In this document: positions 59,155-64,000 of the stretch, piece after piece
Numbering within the stretch: the stretch's first letter is position 1
Layout of the letters: each line of letters opens with the position of its first letter
From: Deinococcales bacterium
Lineage (GTDB): Bacteria > Deinococcota > Deinococci > Deinococcales > JAAFIG01
Direction of reading: 5' to 3'
NCBI GenBank assembly: GCA_043778225.1
Contig: JAYWGM010000048.1
Location: forward strand, 1 to 64,000
Length of the DNA: 64,000 nucleotides
Program-made: the position numbers and the translations under genes
The notes under the pieces: generated by a model
Told to the model about the DNA's origin: nothing
The model's database searches: none
Seen by the model: only the letters and a program-made list of their open reading frames with translations

Positions 59155-59562
59155 TTACTTCTTCTTGGCTGGGGCTGCGCCTTTTGCGCCTGCCTTGGCT
59201 TTCTTCGTACCGTACTTGCTGCGGCTCTTATTGCGGTCTTTGACACCTTGGGTGTCCAGTGTGCCACGAATAATGTGGTAACGCACGCCCGGCAAGTCCT
59301 TGACACGCCCACCACGAATCAGCACCACGCTGTGTTCTTGGAGGTTGTGACCCTCGCCCGGAATATAAGCGGTGACTTCAAAAGCACTGCTTAAACGCAC
59401 ACGGGCGATTTTACGAAGCGCCGAGTTTGGCTTCTTCGGGGTGGTGGTCTTGACCACGGTGCAAACACCACGGCGAAATGGGCTACCTTTGAGGGCTGGC
59501 ACTTTGCTCTTTTTGACCAGCACACGGCGACCTTTTCTTAATAACTGCTGAACTGTAGGCAT
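59155..59562 (-). CDS. rpsL: 30S ribosomal protein S12
   Basis: [41 protein letters not shown]. Confidence 0.98.
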   Translation of the reverse strand: MPTVQQLLRKGRRVLVKKSKVPALKGSPFRRGVCTVVKTTTPKKPNSALRKIARVRLSSAFEVTAYIPGEGHNLQEHSVVLIRGGRVKDLPGVRYHIIRGTLDTQGVKDRNKSRSKYGTKKAKAGAKGAAPAKKK

Positions 59563-59720
59563 TCGACTCCTTCTCGAGTTCGACAACGGGTTTCTAATGT
59601 CCCCCGCAGATGCTTTAAGTGTAAACGGATTGTTAATTTCAATCCCACTCGAGCAAACTTTGCAAATATACTCGAGAAGACAGCAAAACACAAGAGGCGT
59701 TTTGAAGAAGTTTATAGTTC

Positions 59721-60239
59721 TTAACCTTCACTGACCACAAATTTTTCAAACCAAGCAGCCACTTGACTACCATGGGCTGCTTTCCAGACTGCCCAGACTT
59801 CTCTTGCCCAACGCTCGACCAAGCTCGAGCGCTCGAGTGAGGTTTTACCCGCCACCACATCGGCAACCGTTAGGCAGTTGGCAAACGAGGGCGGGGTCAA
59901 CCAATGAAAGCGGCTGTGTTTCTTGGTGCTGTCAAAACGCCCGGGGCGGATTCGCAACCACATGGCTTGCTCGGGCTTAAAATTGGCTTCAAAAATGCCA
60001 TACAGCACCATCAAATGAATTGCTACCGAATTGATGGCTTGGTTGGACAGTACACCAGGATGTTGGATTGCAAAAATATCCACAAGTACAGCGCTAAACG
60101 CTGTTGGCTCGAGTACATCAGGCAGAGCATTAAAAGCTGCCCAGCAAGCTGCACTCGAGTCCATATAACGGTGGGTTGCACCACCCTCAAGAACGGGAAA
60201 CAGCCCGCCACAACCAATGCAAGGCTCTTGAAATGTCAT
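59721..60239 (-). CDS. DUF5946-like protein
   Basis: C.GCG...HRYM.SS.ACW...VD..A.QHPG......SV..HL; TAAACT-6nt-ATG. Confidence 0.7.
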   Translation of the reverse strand: MTFQEPCIGCGGLFPVLEGGATHRYMDSSAACWAAFNALPDVLEPTAFSAVLVDIFAIQHPGVLSNQAINSVAIHLMVLYGIFEANFKPEQAMWLRIRPGRFDSTKKHSRFHWLTPPSFANCLTVADVVAGKTSLERSSLVERWAREVWAVWKAAHGSQVAAWFEKFVVSEG

Positions 60240-60291
60240 CTGTAGAGTTTACAGTCTTGAGCCATCAAAAACATCCAAAAAATTTATTCAC

Positions 60292-62259
60292 CTAGTCTGT
60301 TTGTAAAATTTCTACCCCATAAGGCTCGAGATACAGAATATCGTAGGTCTTGCCAGTCAAAATACTTCTGGCTGGCTGCTCGAGTTTAATGCTGTGTGGT
60401 TTTGGGCTGTGGTTTAGGTAAAAACGCAGACAATGCCCATCTTTGTGGCGCTCGGTAATCTCGATTTCGGCGTGGCTGGTTGACTCGAGTAACCCAGCCA
60501 GCAGCGCTTTAGGCAAAGCAGCATCACCAAGCGCCCCAACATAAATAACCTGTCCTTTTCCTACCAGATTGCGGCTGATGGCAACACTTTGGGCATAGTG
60601 GTCTTGGGTGTAATGGGCGATTGCACTGGCGCTGGTCAATTCGAGGACATCACACCAAAGGCTGATTGAGATGTCTGGCAGCTGTGCATCAGTCCACCTG
60701 ATGGCATTGCTGTTTTGGTACAACGAATCGTATTCGACCACTTTGACCCCAGCCAGAGGTTGCAGTAAACCCGGCAGGGCTTGATTGACAATCGCGTTGC
60801 TGTTGTCTTTGACCCCACTTCGGGCGGTTAAGACCAATGTGCCACCGTTTTCTACAAATTGCTCGAGCTTGGCGGTTATTTCTGGGGTCACGAGGTGCAA
60901 TAAAGGCGCAATGATGATTTTGTAAGGGCTTAAATCGGCTTGAGTAGAAATCACATCGGTGCTGATATTGCGCCGATGCAAAGCACTGTACCAGTAACCA
61001 AATTGTTCGGTGTACGATAAGTTTGGATTATTTGGTTGGATTTGAAGCGCAAATCTCGAGTCGTAATCTTGAAGCAGCGCGACGGTTGCTTCAATCTTTG
61101 AAGCAAGAATCTGGCTGCCAATTTGTTGTAGCTCGAGTCCAAATTTTTTGGCTTCTTGGTAACGTCGCCCAGTTGTGCCATCATGCTCGAGTAAGCCGTG
61201 CCAGTATTGCTCTGTGCCAAAGCGGGCAGTGCGAAAACGAAAAAACACAATCCCATCTGCGCCGTGAGCAATGGCTTGGTATGCCCAAAGCCGCAATTCG
61301 CCTGGACGTGGGTGAGGCACAACCATTTCCCAGCCGCCAGCCCCTGCTTGTTGTTCCATGACCCAGAAATTTTGTTGTTTTAAGCCTCGTATGGTGCTGT
61401 GTCCAAGGGCGGCTCGAGATGAATCATCATTTGCTTGGATGTTCCACCAAATTCTTGGGTAATTATCCCAACTGACAAAATCAAGCTCTTTTGCTAAATC
61501 AAAATAATCAAGTTGATCGTAGCCAAAGCCCATCAAATTATGGGTGATAAAATGTGCTGGGCAAGCGGCGCGAATCAGTTTAATCTGTTCGGCTTGAAAC
61601 GACACGTAGCCATCGGAGCTAAAACGGGCAAAATCGAGCGCTAAACCCGGATTATGCGAAGCCCCCGTCTCGAGTGGCAAAGGAATTTGTGACCAAGTTG
61701 TGTAGGTCTGAGACCAAAAAATTGTTCCCCAAGCGGCTTCTAAGGCGTTGAGTGAAGTGTATTTTTGCTCGAGCCAATTTTGAAAGGCAGTTTGAGCAGC
61801 ACTCGAATACGAACGATCACCAAATTCGTTATCTATTTGCCAGCCAATAACGTCTGGACAGTTGGCATAGTGGGCAGTCAGGGCAGTCACAATTCGTTTG
61901 GCGTGTTGCCGATACCCAAGATGATGTGGACAGTAGCCACGGCGGTGTCCAAAGGTTACTGCCTGACCACTCGGCATGACCCTAAACAGCGTTGGGTCGC
62001 TGCTCATCAGCCAAGCGGGTGGCGAGGCAGTTGGCGTACACAGTACAACCTCAAGACCATGGGCTGACAAAATGGCAATCGCTCGGTCAAGCCAAGTAAA
62101 ATCGAATTTGCCCAATTCTGGCTCGAGTTTGACCCATGCAAATTCAGCAAGGCGCACCAAATTAAACCCTGCTTCCTGCATTAGTTTGGCATCGGTTGCC
62201 CAACGGTCTTCTGACCACTGCTCAGGGTAATAATCTACACCAACATAAAATTTATTCAT
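60292..62259 (-). CDS. GH42 beta-galactosidase
   Basis: GVDYYPEQW, AEFAW..LEP..G.FDF, PTASPPAW, WQIDNE, FWVMEQQ, EQYWHG. Confidence 0.92.
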   Translation of the reverse strand: MNKFYVGVDYYPEQWSEDRWATDAKLMQEAGFNLVRLAEFAWVKLEPELGKFDFTWLDRAIAILSAHGLEVVLCTPTASPPAWLMSSDPTLFRVMPSGQAVTFGHRRGYCPHHLGYRQHAKRIVTALTAHYANCPDVIGWQIDNEFGDRSYSSAAQTAFQNWLEQKYTSLNALEAAWGTIFWSQTYTTWSQIPLPLETGASHNPGLALDFARFSSDGYVSFQAEQIKLIRAACPAHFITHNLMGFGYDQLDYFDLAKELDFVSWDNYPRIWWNIQANDDSSRAALGHSTIRGLKQQNFWVMEQQAGAGGWEMVVPHPRPGELRLWAYQAIAHGADGIVFFRFRTARFGTEQYWHGLLEHDGTTGRRYQEAKKFGLELQQIGSQILASKIEATVALLQDYDSRFALQIQPNNPNLSYTEQFGYWYSALHRRNISTDVISTQADLSPYKIIIAPLLHLVTPEITAKLEQFVENGGTLVLTARSGVKDNSNAIVNQALPGLLQPLAGVKVVEYDSLYQNSNAIRWTDAQLPDISISLWCDVLELTSASAIAHYTQDHYAQSVAISRNLVGKGQVIYVGALGDAALPKALLAGLLESTSHAEIEITERHKDGHCLRFYLNHSPKPHSIKLEQPARSILTGKTYDILYLEPYGVEILQTD

Positions 62260-62260
62260 T

Positions 62261-63751
62261 TTATCTGCCCCAAGCAATCTGGCTAGAGCGCAACTCGAGT
62301 TTGAAATCACGAATTTTAGTGTTTTGGTCAATCAGCAGTATTTCGATGCCAGTCATGGTCGCAAAATCCTCGAGCATTTCGGCAGTCACGCAATAACTGT
62401 AAGCTGTATGGTGTGCGCCTCCTGCGTAAATCCAAGCAGCACAAGCAGTCTTAAAATCAGGTTGGCACTGCCAAACGGCTCGAGCCACAGGTAAGTTGGG
62501 CATCGGTGGCGGTTCAATGGCAGTAACACTATTGACGATTAAGCGAAAGCGATTGCCTAAATCCACCAGCGAGGCATTGAGGGCTGTGCCAGCAGGGGCA
62601 TTAAAGACGCTTCGTACAGGATCGGATTTTCCACCAATTCCAAGAGGATGAATCTCGAGGCGGGGCTTAGTGGCGGCAATACTTTCACAAACCTCGAGCA
62701 TATGCGCCCCAAGCACCAGATGATTGTTGACTTCGAGATGATAAGTATAATCTTCCATAAAGCTCGTGCCACCAGTTAAGCCGTGTCCCATGACTTTCAT
62801 GGCGCGTAACAGGGCAGCTGTTTTCCAATCGCCTTCTGCCCCAAAACCATAGCCTTGTGCCATCAGGCGTTGTACTGCTAAACCGGGTAGTTGCTCGAGT
62901 CCGTGTAAATCCTCGAAGGTCGTGGTGAAGCCCTTAAAGTTACCCTGCTCGAGGAAATCCTTTAATCCAAGTTCGAGTTTGGCACTGTAACGAAATGCTG
63001 CGTGGCTCGAGCCAGATGGCTGTAATTCGGGTGCAATTTCGTACTGGCGAGTATATTCCTCGAGTAGCGAATCTATTCTTGAATCCGCTATGGCGTTGAC
63101 TCGAGCCACCAAATCACCAATGCCGTAGCCATTGACACTAAAACCAAATTGTTGTTCGGCAGCAACTTTATCACCGTCGGTCACCGAAACAAAGCGCATA
63201 TTATCGCCAAAGCGAGCCAATGCCGCGCCCTGTAAATCGTGCCAAGCCCGTGCTGCTCGAGTCCATGCACTTAAACATTGCAAGACTTCGGGGTCTGACC
63301 AATGCCCGACAATCACTTTGCGATTCAGTTTTAATCGGGTGTGCAAATGCCCAGCCTCGCGGTCGCCATGGGCGGCTTGGTTGAGGTTCATAAAATCCAT
63401 GTCAATGCTGTTCCACGGTAAATCCTTATTAAATTGGGTGTGCAGATGACACAAGGGTTTTTGCAATTGCTCGAGACCACGAATCCACATTTTGGCTGGC
63501 GAGAAGGTGTGCATCCATAAGACCACGCCAGCGCACTCGGCACTCGAGTTTGCTTCGAGTAGAGCCGTTGTAATTTCATCGGGCGTGGTGAGTAATTTCT
63601 TGAACACAAATGGAATTGGTAATTGCCCACTCGCGTTTATGCTCAAAGCAACGGCGGCGGCATTGGTGGCAACTTGCTCGAGTGCCGAAGCACCGTACAA
63701 ATGCTGTGAGCCGCAAAAAAACCAGATTTCGGATTTGCCAAGATTATTCAT
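62261..63751 (-). CDS. araA: L-arabinose isomerase
   Basis: [45 protein letters not shown]. Confidence 0.97.
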   Translation of the reverse strand: MNNLGKSEIWFFCGSQHLYGASALEQVATNAAAVALSINASGQLPIPFVFKKLLTTPDEITTALLEANSSAECAGVVLWMHTFSPAKMWIRGLEQLQKPLCHLHTQFNKDLPWNSIDMDFMNLNQAAHGDREAGHLHTRLKLNRKVIVGHWSDPEVLQCLSAWTRAARAWHDLQGAALARFGDNMRFVSVTDGDKVAAEQQFGFSVNGYGIGDLVARVNAIADSRIDSLLEEYTRQYEIAPELQPSGSSHAAFRYSAKLELGLKDFLEQGNFKGFTTTFEDLHGLEQLPGLAVQRLMAQGYGFGAEGDWKTAALLRAMKVMGHGLTGGTSFMEDYTYHLEVNNHLVLGAHMLEVCESIAATKPRLEIHPLGIGGKSDPVRSVFNAPAGTALNASLVDLGNRFRLIVNSVTAIEPPPMPNLPVARAVWQCQPDFKTACAAWIYAGGAHHTAYSYCVTAEMLEDFATMTGIEILLIDQNTKIRDFKLELRSSQIAWGR

Positions 63752-64000
63752 GCTGACCTCTTTTTTGTCCGTACTGATTTTGGTAACGCTGATATAAGCG
63801 TTCGATGTCATCAGTTGCCAATGGTTTTACATTGCCCAACTGCATGGCTAGAAACGATGTTTTGGCTACGTCCTCGCACATGATTGCGGCTTTGAGCGCG
63901 TCACGCGGGGTTTTGCCAATCGTAAAAACCCCGTGGTTTTGTAAAATAATCGCTGGGCTACGGTGATGCTCGAGTATCCGCACGACTTCATGTCCGATTT
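63744..64000 (-). CDS. araD: L-ribulose-5-phosphate 4-epimerase (partial, 3' end)
   Basis: [10 protein letters not shown]...A.KAA.MCEDVA...RYQN.YGQ; upstream of araA; cut by the window edge. Confidence 0.85.
   Translation of the reverse strand, partial: IGHEVVRILEHHRSPAIILQNHGVFTIGKTPRDALKAAIMCEDVAKTSFLAMQLGNVKPLATDDIERLYQRYQNQYGQKRGQHE

Overview
Bacterial chromosomal window, most likely Deinococcota (Deinococcales-like). Evidence: a TilS-TadA fusion, many leaderless TANNNT-6nt-ATG starts and a Deinococcus-type lipoprotein. By eye the GC content is near balanced rather than high. Housekeeping genes: clpC, sulfite reductase, thiolase, efp, ppc, ilvD, tilS-tadA, hflX, ltaE, rplJL, tRNA-Val, rpsL-rpsG-fusA and araD-araA-GH42. 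Accessory genes: tctCBA with a CitAB-like two-component system, vapBC, a Schlafen/AlbA_2 ATPase, an AAA-ATPase plus PIN-like pair, an ars-like cluster, large surface lipoproteins, a STAND regulator and ant(6). Most notable observations: (1) window-wide, HIP1-like over-representation of CTCGAG; (2) an orphan lasso/RiPP-type leader peptide coupled to a giant lipoprotein; (3) a leaderless Cys-Cys leader peptide in front of the sulfite reductase operon; (4) a Schlafen-like gene that appears to have captured the ALDH promoter through a 36-bp duplication; (5) an in-frame REPIN inside tilS-tadA; (6) a probable non-canonical start codon for hflX; (7) a hidden 31-aa ORF with a perfect Shine-Dalgarno (SD) sequence between rpsG and fusA; (8) an internally deleted IS4-family element with perfect 19-bp terminal inverted repeats (TIRs). 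Product names come from motif recognition, not database searches.
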